From positions 90,511,204 through 90,544,462 of the forward strand of contig NC_068985.1 in assembly GCF_001194135.2 (NCBI RefSeq): a stretch of DNA of 33,259 nucleotides. The letters are read 5' to 3'. Made by a program: the position numbers and the translations under genes. The notes beneath the pieces were generated by a model, which worked only from the letters and a program-made list of their open reading frames with translations, was not told the origin of the DNA and did not search any database. This stretch comes from Octopus bimaculoides (taxonomy: Eukaryota). Shown in pieces: positions 1 to 10,219 of the stretch. Each line of letters begins with the position of its first letter. The stretch's first letter is position 1.

Positions 1-75
1 ATATATATATATATATACATATATGGGTGTGTGTATGTGTATGTATGTAATTATATGTATGCATATGTGTCTACC
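1..75. repeat. Mixed (AT)n/(GT)n microsatellite, probably the internal simple-repeat tract of the SINE at 76-275
   Basis: The dinucleotide runs are seen directly. The same tract-then-3'-body order occurs in the full SINE at 28148-28467. Confidence 0.8.
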
Positions 76-275
76 TGTGTTGTATTGTCTGTCGTTCACT
101 ACCGCTTAACAATCGGGTTTAACGTGTTATATTCCCGTAACTTAACAGTTTGGCAAAAAGTGACCGATATGGTAAGTGCCAGGCTTAAAAAAAATGTAGT
201 GCTGACTCTCGGTTCGACTGAAATGTTTCAGCGCATTGCTGTAGCATGTCCGCAACCCATTGACTGAAACAACTG
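76..275 (+). mobile_element. Degenerate 3' half of a tRNA-derived SINE (same family as 28148-28467)
   Basis: accgcttaacaatcgg...cccgtaacttaacagtttggcaaaaagtgaccgata...catgtccgcaacccattgactgaaac aligns by eye with the reverse complement of 28148-28290 (cacttgacaaccgattc...atccctttaacttagcggttcagcataagagaccgataga...catggctccagtcaaacgactgaaac). Confidence 0.7.
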
Positions 276-1402
276 AGGTAAGTGTGCATTGAGTTGCGTT
301 GCATGCATTAAAATCACTGGATTATACATAACGGATTCACTTAAAATAGTTTTCCTGCATTGCTTCATGTTCAATTCTATCCTCTACTTCATGTTGCTTC
401 ATTTGTACTACGAAATATTTTTTTACAAATGCGTAGAAAATACACTGATATCAATCTTCAGTCATGGACGTGATTGATATCTACGAGTGTAGGGCACTAG
501 ACTGTATAAGTTCACATCCATAGAATTTTTAATGAGTACAATTAGTGTGAAGGTTAAATATTTCCTTTTGAAGTTTTGCTGTTTGCTGATCCAAACATGA
601 AAAGTTTTATGCAAGCCAAATATGTGTGGCTTCACACAAAGTTATTCGACTTTACAGCTGAAATGTCGGTGCCTATGAATAACCTAGAGAAGCGTGAAAT
701 GAGCTTCAATTTCTAGGAACATGAAGGAGTACTATCATGGTAGTGATTTGTGTATTGTGTGATATTGAATCTATTTAAAACTATTGACGAATTCCTTTTA
801 TAACAATATCCATGAGCATAATCTTGGTATATCACCGAGTGAAAAGTGTATTAACACCGCACGCAGTGAGAGTCTGTGGGCAATTAACATCATACAAATC
901 TGTGAGAACATTACAATGAGTGTTTATAGTTTTAACAAAATAACCTTCCGCTTTTAATCTGTTAATTAGACAAGACAGTCATCCTCCAAAGAAAAAAAAA
1001 AAGATTGACATGAATTAAATCAACTTAATATTTTATGAGCTCAACTCTAGAAGTTCAAATGTTTACAAATATAACCACAGGGGGCTGGTGTTTCGATTTC
1101 TTTTGATTGTTTCTAGATTGTGCTGAAGGACGCAGCTGTAGGACTCGTGCTCAGTAGTAGCCAGTGTATCAGGAGCGGCTGTCCAATTTTAGCATTAAAG
1201 TTAATAGTTGTAGTTTCCATTGTGTTTTCATTAAACAAATGGCGTTCTATAGAGGATTAGTGGAGGCGAGATGCGATCAAAAGGAATCGCGTATCACAAA
1301 AGAAATTTTTAATATGTAAGAAGTAAGATTAGGCTAAAAAAGCCTACGGACAAAACCACAGTAAACTCAGGCTGGGAGCGAATAAAAATATAAGAGCAAA
1401 GT

Positions 1403-1403
<1 letters not shown>

Positions 1404-1482
<79 letters not shown>

Positions 1483-1485
1483 TCT
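1404..1485. repeat. (CT)n/(GA)n microsatellite
   Basis: Perfect dinucleotide run of about 75 bp. Confidence 0.98.
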
Positions 1486-1490
1486 TCGAT

Positions 1491-2290
1491 TTAAAGGAAC
1501 ATGCTCAAAGAGCTTTCGTCGCTTGCACGCACCATATTTGCTACATTCACCCACCTTTTAATGAAACTTTCACGAGACAAAACCTGCCTCTCCATTCTCA
1601 CCTTCCTTTTCAAGTGATACTTGAAAAAGTTGATGAGCGATTGGCCAGAAAGGTAAGTGTTTGTCTGTAATCCTTTCGCTCGTGTCCACTACACACAATC
1701 TTTCACCATGGCCACAAGTAAGATGAAGACTGCCTTGCCTTGCCGGTTGGGGGAAGGAGGTGGGGCAATTGTGACGATACACTCGGCCGACAGGCAGGCT
1801 CGTCCCACACGTGAGAACAGACGTTCGGCATAAGCCCACATGTCCGAAATGGTTGGACACTGCACGAGTGCGTGCAGAACGGTTTCGTCGCTCTGACAGC
1901 ATTTCGGACAAGTCGGTCTAGTGTGTCTCGAACCGTGCCTGTAGAGCTTATCCCGAACGGGTAATGGTTCTCGATAGCACTGCCAAGCCAGTGATCTCTG
2001 GTGATTGTCCATAGGTCTGGGCCCGAAAGTTGTCCTGAACAGGTGGGTCAAGTATTCCTCATTGACGCCCAGATTCTGCCCGGGAACGTCGTCGCACCTC
2101 CCCTCCACTAATCCTCTATAGAACGCATTTGTTATAATGTAGTTAAACAAGTTTGTTCCCAGACGGCAGATTTGCTTGAGAGCAACGCGACACTCGCGGT
2201 TCCATTCGCTTATCCTCGGTCTCTGTTTCATCCATGACTGCAGTTCGGTCAAGGAGACGAGCTGCGGGAAAGCGGGCTGCATAAACGGCG
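1491..2290 (-). pseudogene. 5'-truncated L1/Tx1-clade LINE ORF2 C-terminus (zf-RVT-like zinc knuckle) with one in-frame stop
   Basis: The minus frame reads ...LAWQCYREPLPVRDKLYRHG...TCPKCCQSDETVLHALVQCP...LVAMVKDCV*WTRAKG...FFKYHLKRKVRMER...RWVNVA...MFL*. The CxxC-x8-H-x4-C knuckle lies at 1854-1910. A TAG at 1689-1691 interrupts a probable VWWTR, and the terminal TAA is at 1491-1493. This layout is typical of L1/Tx1 ORF2 ends. Confidence 0.85.
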
Positions 2291-2433
2291 AGATAGATAG
2301 GTAGATAGATAGATAGATAAATAGATAGATTGATAGATAGATAGATAGATAGATAGATATACAGATATATACATATATATATAGAGAGAAAATGGGAGAG
2401 AAAGAGATGGGTGGATATATATATATATATCTA
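2291..2433. repeat. (GATA)n/(TA)n/(GA)n compound microsatellite preceding an assembly gap (N 2434-3094)
   Basis: Seen directly. Confidence 0.95.
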
Positions 2434-4609
2434 NNNNNNNNNNNNNNNNNNNNNNNNNNNNNNNNNNNNNNNNNNNNNNNNNNNNNNNNNNNNNNNNNNN
2501 NNNNNNNNNNNNNNNNNNNNNNNNNNNNNNNNNNNNNNNNNNNNNNNNNNNNNNNNNNNNNNNNNNNNNNNNNNNNNNNNNNNNNNNNNNNNNNNNNNNN
2601 NNNNNNNNNNNNNNNNNNNNNNNNNNNNNNNNNNNNNNNNNNNNNNNNNNNNNNNNNNNNNNNNNNNNNNNNNNNNNNNNNNNNNNNNNNNNNNNNNNNN
2701 NNNNNNNNNNNNNNNNNNNNNNNNNNNNNNNNNNNNNNNNNNNNNNNNNNNNNNNNNNNNNNNNNNNNNNNNNNNNNNNNNNNNNNNNNNNNNNNNNNNN
2801 NNNNNNNNNNNNNNNNNNNNNNNNNNNNNNNNNNNNNNNNNNNNNNNNNNNNNNNNNNNNNNNNNNNNNNNNNNNNNNNNNNNNNNNNNNNNNNNNNNNN
2901 NNNNNNNNNNNNNNNNNNNNNNNNNNNNNNNNNNNNNNNNNNNNNNNNNNNNNNNNNNNNNNNNNNNNNNNNNNNNNNNNNNNNNNNNNNNNNNNNNNNN
3001 NNNNNNNNNNNNNNNNNNNNNNNNNNNNNNNNNNNNNNNNNNNNNNNNNNNNNNNNNNNNNNNNNNNNNNNNNNNNNNNNNNNNNNNNNNNNNNATATAT
3101 ATATATATATATATATATACATATTTTCTTATATACACGTATCAATCTACACACAATATTATTTATATATATGTGTATTTACATACAATCACTTCGACAA
3201 ATACATTTTTTTAAGCAGACGTGATGTATATGACGTTATTCTGACAAAGTAAATTTATGATTTGTATTATTATCTTATATAATTTTATAATTGACTACAG
3301 CACTTTGTTCATGCCCAGAACGGTCAATCATTTCCTGACCTTTGTATGTATTCGCTATTATTTTACGTGCGATATATATTTCTCATTTTTTTATATATAT
3401 ATGAGTTCAACTTAGTGGATTGTAATGTTTGCATCAGTGAGTAATGGAAATGCAATGAAAATATGTGTAAATGCCATGGACACACACATAAGCAAGAATT
3501 ATATTCCAATAAAATTCTTCCTTCTTTTAAAATATATCTAATGACTGAACTTTGCAAATACATCAAAACTATGGTTTCACTGATTACAAATAAAACTAAT
3601 ATCATGAAATAATTTTTCCTGGTAAATTTACAATTTTTAAACCCACATTTATGAAAAAATATATATATTTAAAATAAAATCGTCTTGTCGTGATGATGTT
3701 ATAGTTTGCTTAATTACATTTCATATATTTATAGTCAGTGCAAAGTTGAACTTCGCTCATATTTTCACACACATCCACGCATTCTAAGCAAAACACCCTT
3801 ATACCCACATGCATATATATACGTACAAACATATAACATATACACACACACACACAAACACACACTCATATATACACTGTTAATCATTAACGCCACAAAG
3901 AAGCGCAACAACACCAACACAAACAGTAAAAACAATCATGATGGCAAAGACAGAATGGAATAAGCAGAAGAGGAGGATACACGTGGGTGTAAGAGTAACT
4001 GAATATGTTACAGATGTGTAACAAAAGTTTTCCAGTCACTGGACAGAAGATAATATAAGAGCAACAATAAAAAAAATGAAGAACGATTTATCGTACGAGT
4101 GTTTATTTGGCAACAAAAAGGAATGACCATACCGAAATGCAACAATATNNNNNNNNNNNNNNNNNNNNNNNNNNNNNNNNNNNNNNNNNNNNNNNNNNNN
4201 NNNNNNNNNNNNNNNNNNNNNNNNNNNNNNNNNNNNNNNNNNNNNNNNNNNNNNNNNNNNNNNNNNNNNNNNNNNNNNNNNNNNNNNNNNNNNNNNNNNN
4301 NNNNNNNNNNNNNNNNNNNNNNNNNNNNNNNNNNNNNNNNNNNNNNNNNNNNNNNNNNNNNNNNNNNNNNNNNNNNNNNNNNNNNNNNNNNNATATATAT
4401 ATATATATATATATAAGTATGTGTGTGTGTGTACGTTTTCTTTTGTGTGTTCGTGCGCGTGTCTGTGAGTAAGTTTATGCATACACAGGTATGTGTGTTA
4501 GAGACAATCAAATCTTTCCAATATTGGAATAACAATTTACTAGTGCTAATATGTTTGTTTGATATACAATACAACAGATCCATAATCAAAATGGTCAATC
4601 AATAGGAAC

Positions 4610-5050
4610 TATCGAACCTTACATTCCCCATCACACCTCGTGAGAGCTAAGGTCTTCATTGTTATATCTAATACATTCCCGATTACAGGAATATATCACT
4701 GGACTATAGCCTACTTCTGGTCTTTTTTATCCTTACAGTGAGGAAGCTCATGACGTCAAATGAAACCCAATGTGTCGCATATTAGAAGTTATTTAAATAG
4801 TTTGTCAGACAGAGTCCTAAAATTTAGAGTATTCTATATATCAGACCTCTGGAAATATGTGCATCCAATGCGATTCTTATGGTTTCCTACACTAGGGAGT
4901 TGTATGAAGGAATTTAGGTTCAACTGAGCAACCCATCCATTATGGTTACAATTTTCTGTTGGAAGTTTACCTCGGTATGCTTCCACAAATATTTTTCATT
5001 GATGGATATCTTCCTGGCGGTAAAAAAATTCCTTGAAACATTGACACAAG
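4610..5050 (-). pseudogene. Highly decayed Penelope-like element reverse transcriptase fragment
   Basis: Frame-shifted minus-strand pieces occur in PLE RT order: IPSYN...IRIALDAHIS, YIEYSKF*DSV, WVSFDVMSFLTV (like RT motif LVSFDVxSLFT), and VLDITMKTLALTRCDGE (like LLELCLKxTYFxFDGE). There are many stops, and recognition is by eye. Confidence 0.45.
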
Positions 5051-5324
5051 CAGACAACAACCATGATGCTATATTAAAAAAAAAAAAAAAAATTTGCTTT
5101 GATGCAGAATGTTAGTATCGTTTATCAGATTATATTTATCTGAGTCTTAAACAGGTTTTTGTTTCGGAGTGGATTTAGGTAGACATGCACAAATATACTG
5201 CAGAACTCAAAGTTCTTTGATTATTCTGCCGGACAAAGCATCACCTTTCATTTTTCCCGGCTGCAAGTAAATTGCAAGTATTCTGATTAGAATCTTAGAT
5301 CTGTACTGAACTCTAGAATTCATA

Positions 5325-5568
5325 GGGCTGGAGCTTAACCCGGTTCTCATGAAGTGCATGTACCTGAGGTTAAGAAACGCACACTAAATGAGTGGGGCAC
5401 CTAAGCTGCGTTAAGGTTCCCGCTATTGATGCAACTCATTTACATTTGAATGGACTGCAGCAACGGGAAATGAAGTGTTTTTCTCATGAACTCAAAACAC
5501 TCCCTTGTCTAGGGATGGAAACTATGATCATTAGATCGTGCATCTAATACCCTAACGACGCACACCTT
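5325..5568 (-). mobile_element. Degenerate tRNA-derived SINE (head toward 5568)
   Basis: tggactgcagcaacgggaaatgaagtgtttttctcatgaactcaaaacactcccttgtctagggatggaaactatgatc...taccctaac resembles the reverse complement of a SINE head with A/B-box remnants. The family assignment is from memory. Confidence 0.55.
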
Positions 5569-6488
5569 CTTTTGATTTGGGCGCAAATACCAAATCTGGG
5601 CACGTTCCCCGCTTTTTTCTCGACTACAACTTCAACAATACTTGATCTCGTTAACCAACAACTATTCCTGCTTTTGAAATGCAAAAATTAAAAAAAATGA
5701 GAATAATTTGCAAATACACCACTACTGAATACACACAAATTTCCTAATTTAATCATGTCTATGTGTCTGGTATCAAATTTCTCAACCGTTTTCTTACATA
5801 AAATCATACGCAATTCTATCAACACTATTAAGAATTGTCTTGTGACCTTAATTAAGATATAGATAAAAATTAATCATTACAAAAACAAGCATGAAATAAA
5901 ATATGATAACATTTATAATATTATTTGACTTAGCAATTTCCTCTTTTAATTTCGTGTAAATATTTTCATACACAGAAAATCGCCAATTGATTAAAAAAAT
6001 TACTAAATGAATTTTGAAAACAAGATTATCTATTGTGTAGAGGATAAAATGGCATAAATGCAAAGCAGAAATAACAGAACAAATACTTTAATCGGAATAT
6101 TGGAATTAAATATCGATTGTCATAAAGAAGAATAATAAAATCGAATTTCTAATTTAAACAGAACACGGTGCAACGAGCACTCTCAAACTGAAGAGTGTTT
6201 AGAAAGAAATATATTACAGTGAATTGAATAAATATTATGTCGCAGGAATATTATTGTTTTGTTAAATAACCAGTTTAACTTCCCTCTAAAAAAATATTGC
6301 TTTAATTCTAAAAATCGATACGTTACACTTAATATCTAATTTTCCATCTTGTCTAGAAATAAATGAGATATACTTCAATATGTTATGAGAAATAGCGAAA
6401 TAATAAACAATAAAATATCATATGTAATTTGAGATTACAGAATGCACGCTGTATATTTAGGACAATGCTTAAGTAGGCATTCTCCAAT

Positions 6489-6496
6489 TCTCTCTA

Positions 6497-6541
<45 letters not shown>

Positions 6542-6655
6542 NNNNNNNNNNNNNNNNNNNNNNNNNNNNNNNNNNNNNNNNNNNNNNNNNNNNNNNNNNN
6601 NNNNNNNNNNNNNNNNNNNNNNNNNNNNNNNNNNNNNNNNNNNNNNNNNNNNNNN

Positions 6656-6702
<47 letters not shown>

Positions 6703-6720
6703 ACACACATATATATAATA
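6489..6720. repeat. (TC)n, gap (N 6542-6655), then (CA)n microsatellites
   Basis: Seen directly. Confidence 0.95.
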
Positions 6721-7169
6721 AGAAGACGGTGCAATGAAGCATTAATTCCGGATCACAATAATTGTTTCTCTGCAATGGCAACACCTGCTGCGAGCTGAGA
6801 CTTCCATATCCATACTATAACATAAATATTACATGAAGAATTGCATAAGTAAATTTTGTACAGCAGCAGATGTATACCGGCACGTCATCAGGTGAGTTGT
6901 TTTAATGGCACTTCTTGATCACATTCAGTTTACCATTGTTTTATTCCTCATAGTATACTTCGAATTTTCTCTATAATGAATACCGCATATATAGAAATTG
7001 ATATAAGTCATTAAACTTCCAAATAATGTAATGACAGAAAAAAAATACTAAAGGAAAAAAAAAAAAAAAAAATACACAATATATTACCAGCAAGTCTTTG
7101 TTCTTATGAACATCGATTAACGTTACGATATATATCAGGAGATATACTACATAATTATGACATGTTTCA

Positions 7170-7298
7170 TAACTTGACCCCGAAAGGATGAAAGGCAATG
7201 TCGACCTCGGCGGAATTTGAAATCAGAACGTAACGGCAGACGATGTACCGCTAAGTATTTCGCCCGGCGTGCTAATGTTTCTGCCAGCTCGCAGCCTT
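7170..7298 (-). mobile_element. SINE 5' half (tRNA-derived, AAGGCGGCGAGCTGGCAGAA family)
   Basis: The reverse complement reads aaggctgcgagctggcagaaacattagcacgccgggcgaaatacttagcggtacatcgtctgccgttacgttctgatttcaaattccgccgaggtcgac, matching the copies at 10922 and 22751. It carries an A-box-like TGGCAGAA and a B-box-like TTCAAATTCC. Confidence 0.9.
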
Positions 7299-7352
7299 TT
7301 ACCGAGAAACTCATATATTGTTCGAGGAACTTATATTTCACATACTCACATT

Positions 7353-7396
<44 letters not shown>

Positions 7397-7575
7397 NNNN
7401 NNNNNNTATCTATCTTTCTATCTATCTATCTACCTACCTATCTATCTATCTATCTATCTATCTATATATCTATCTATCTATCTATCTGTCTCTGTTTATC
7501 TATCTATCTGCATCTCCACACACACATACACGCACTCACACAAGCTCCCGCAGACACGCACACACACAAACACAT
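7353..7575. repeat. (TATC)n tetranucleotide tract followed by a CA-rich tract
   Basis: Seen directly. It includes a 10-N gap. Confidence 0.95.
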
Positions 7576-8162
7576 AAATTTATGCATGCATATAGATGAA
7601 GTTTGATCACAAATATTGCAGTTTTCCAAGAAGAATTATTTCCAGTGGTTTTTCTATATACGTGCGAAAGAAAACTAAAATCAAAATTACTCAACGGCTA
7701 TGAACTTAGGTATTTAATCATTATATTACAACATACTTACAAATGAATCAACAATGTTTTTGTTTTCATTAGAGATATTTTGTAAACAAATAAACATGGG
7801 TCATATATTTAAAGTTGAATGTTGTACCATTTTCCCTACCACGTTTGTTCTGTGTTATCGTATTTGTTTTTAGCTCTACTTATAAAAATTAATGTTAAAC
7901 AACGATTCAATTCAGAGTAGTTATTTATGGTGTATTTCTGTTTGTTTGACATTATGTTTTTACAGATTGTGATTTATAAATCGATGGAATTTAATTAAGA
8001 AAATGTTTGGAACATAAAAAATAAAATGAAAGTCAAGTTTCAGTTAATCGTTTTCTTATCGAAAGAAATTAGTAAACCGACGTCCTCTTGTTACTTCTAC
8101 GTGGCTGATATATGTAGACCAGGCTACACTTTTCAGCTCTTTTGTTTTGATAAACGTCTCCA

Positions 8163-8313
8163 GCAAACATACGGCATCGCATTAGGTTAGGCAAGAAGCT
8201 ATTCCTAAAAATTTATTACTCTAACTTCAATCGTGCCTATATTATTCATCCAATGTAGGAAACTAGTTTAATTAATGATATAGCAAGGATTTTGGTAATA
8301 TATATATATATGT
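8163..8313 (+). repeat. 151-bp direct repeat, copy 1 (identical to 9073-9223)
   Basis: Base-by-base identity from gcaaacatacggcatcgc to tatatatatgt. The copies lie either side of gap N 8489-9072. Confidence 0.95.
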
Positions 8314-8488
8314 AAATATATAAAAACAAAAAGATAAAGAGAGCAAAGGTAAGGTTGAATAACTTTATGGATAGAGACTTACAGCTGTTTCTGGGAAGAC
8401 CCAGTACTTCCCTTCAGCGGAGACAGAAAAAATAAAGTAATCTATTATTATATCCATAGGCGGATATTTTTACCCTCCTCAACCTTAT
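8314..8488 (-). mobile_element. Penelope-like pLTR or retrozyme-like fragment carrying a hammerhead-like motif, truncated by the gap
   Basis: It contains the motif at 8376-8424. The downstream pyrimidine tract ending tttttatatatttacat parallels ctttttatatatacacatg of the 9240-9800 copy. Confidence 0.55.
8376..8424 (-). ncRNA. Minimal type I hammerhead ribozyme-like motif, copy 1 (degenerate core)
   Basis: RNA: GUCU-CCGCUGA-A-GGGAAG-uacugggu-CUUCCC-A-GAAA-C-AGCU-GU-A-AGUC. Helix II has 6 perfect base pairs, helix III is minimal with a palindromic AGCU loop, and the cleavage triplet is GUA. The core deviates from CUGANGA at two positions. Confidence 0.5.
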
Positions 8489-9072
8489 NNNNNNNNNNNN
8501 NNNNNNNNNNNNNNNNNNNNNNNNNNNNNNNNNNNNNNNNNNNNNNNNNNNNNNNNNNNNNNNNNNNNNNNNNNNNNNNNNNNNNNNNNNNNNNNNNNNN
8601 NNNNNNNNNNNNNNNNNNNNNNNNNNNNNNNNNNNNNNNNNNNNNNNNNNNNNNNNNNNNNNNNNNNNNNNNNNNNNNNNNNNNNNNNNNNNNNNNNNNN
8701 NNNNNNNNNNNNNNNNNNNNNNNNNNNNNNNNNNNNNNNNNNNNNNNNNNNNNNNNNNNNNNNNNNNNNNNNNNNNNNNNNNNNNNNNNNNNNNNNNNNN
8801 NNNNNNNNNNNNNNNNNNNNNNNNNNNNNNNNNNNNNNNNNNNNNNNNNNNNNNNNNNNNNNNNNNNNNNNNNNNNNNNNNNNNNNNNNNNNNNNNNNNN
8901 NNNNNNNNNNNNNNNNNNNNNNNNNNNNNNNNNNNNNNNNNNNNNNNNNNNNNNNNNNNNNNNNNNNNNNNNNNNNNNNNNNNNNNNNNNNNNNNNNNNN
9001 NNNNNNNNNNNNNNNNNNNNNNNNNNNNNNNNNNNNNNNNNNNNNNNNNNNNNNNNNNNNNNNNNNNNNNNN

Positions 9073-9223
9073 GCAAACATACGGCATCGCATTAGGTTAG
9101 GCAAGAAGCTATTCCTAAAAATTTATTACTCTAACTTCAATCGTGCCTATATTATTCATCCAATGTAGGAAACTAGTTTAATTAATGATATAGCAAGGAT
9201 TTTGGTAATATATATATATATGT
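9073..9223 (+). repeat. 151-bp direct repeat, copy 2
   Basis: Identical to 8163-8313. It begins exactly at the contig edge. Confidence 0.95.
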
Positions 9224-9239
9224 TTGCATGTATGTATAT

Positions 9240-9800
9240 ATAGGTTATGAGAGATAATGGTGTCAATAAAACCCAATGGTATCCGCTTATTCTGAGTAAG
9301 AGCTATGGACAAACTATAGTTACTTTCCAGGTTCGATGATTATGCGCATGAGGAGTCCAACGTAGATCATATATCAGCATGTGTATATATAAAAAGAATG
9401 TTCAGAATGAGATAAAAATCCAAGGCTGTGAAAGATTTAAGAATATTTATAAATAGGTCTTACAGCTGTTTCTGTGATATTTTATATATCCCTTCATCGG
9501 AGACGGTGGGAGAAAATGGTTAAGAAATAGTTATTTTAGATAGGCTAAGAAATAGAGAGTGAAGTGGAGGAATTAAAATAGTGGTGATATATGCAGGGAT
9601 AGTGTATCTGTAGATCCATTATTTAGGCAGAATGGTACACATATATACGATTCCAATATCTTGTAAGTTCCAATAGTATTTAAAATCGGTCATTCTCTCC
9701 TCATGGGTCAGGTTGAAAGAAGAGGTGGTACTGCGCTCATGCAACTTAGTTATTATTCCTTTGGAGGTTATGATCAAGGCGAACGGTTGTCATTTTGAAA
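9240..9800 (-). mobile_element. Penelope-like pLTR or retrozyme-like element with hammerhead-like motif; boundaries approximate
   Basis: The hammerhead-like motif at 9457-9504 is followed by a pyrimidine/TA tract and an ATG at 9378-9380. No intact ORF is present. Confidence 0.5.
9457..9504 (-). ncRNA. Minimal type I hammerhead ribozyme-like motif, copy 2
   Basis: RNA: GUCU-CCGAUGA-A-GGGAUAU-auaaa-AUAUCAC-A-GAAA-C-AGCU-GU-A-AGAC. Helix I GUCU/AGAC is perfect and helix II pairs at 6 of 7 positions. ACAGCUGU is palindromic. The predicted cleavage is between 9461 and 9460. Confidence 0.62.
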
Positions 9801-9803
9801 GTT

Positions 9804-9848
9804 AAAAGGACCATTCGAGCGTGGTCGAATCCAGCAGTCGCTGACTGG
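9804..9848 (+). repeat. Orphan partial copy of the internal tandem unit of the SINE at 10220-10590
   Basis: aaaaggaccattcgagcgtggtcgaatccagcagtcgctgactgg versus aaaagtaccattcgagcgtggccgaagccagtgttgcttgactgg at 10270-10314. Confidence 0.8.
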
Positions 9849-10219
9849 ATTGACAGTTTGCATTAGAACATGTGTGCCCAAATTCATTATTCTACCTGAC
9901 GTTTATTTTGAATAATGAAAAAATATCAATGAGTAAATCATTTTGGAACATCCTGTATACATGAAGCCTTTAGCTTAGTGGTCAAGGAGTTGTACAAAGT
10001 CTAGGTTGTACGTATCCTGTCAACTGAAGATGGAAGAAGGTAACACAGCGGTTCGGATAGAAACTTGTTCAAGGTAATTTTGGATGGATATATATATGTG
10101 TGTATATGGCTTTCATTATGTTTATTTCATATGTGCACATGTAGCAATCAACAAGGCAACCGCACGAAACGTCCAGAACCAGAATACAAAAGGCATTGAT
10201 GTTGAAAATTGAAGAGAGA

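Noticed and set aside
272-284. Consensus splice donor GAG|GTAAGT at the SINE tail
   Set aside because: It has no matching acceptor or open frame, so it is likely chance without transcript data.
1689-3122. 477-aa ORF as an intact gene
   Set aside because: Only about 1689-2290 is real, and it is a LINE remnant. The rest is gap and microsatellite, and the true frame continues past an internal stop to 1491.
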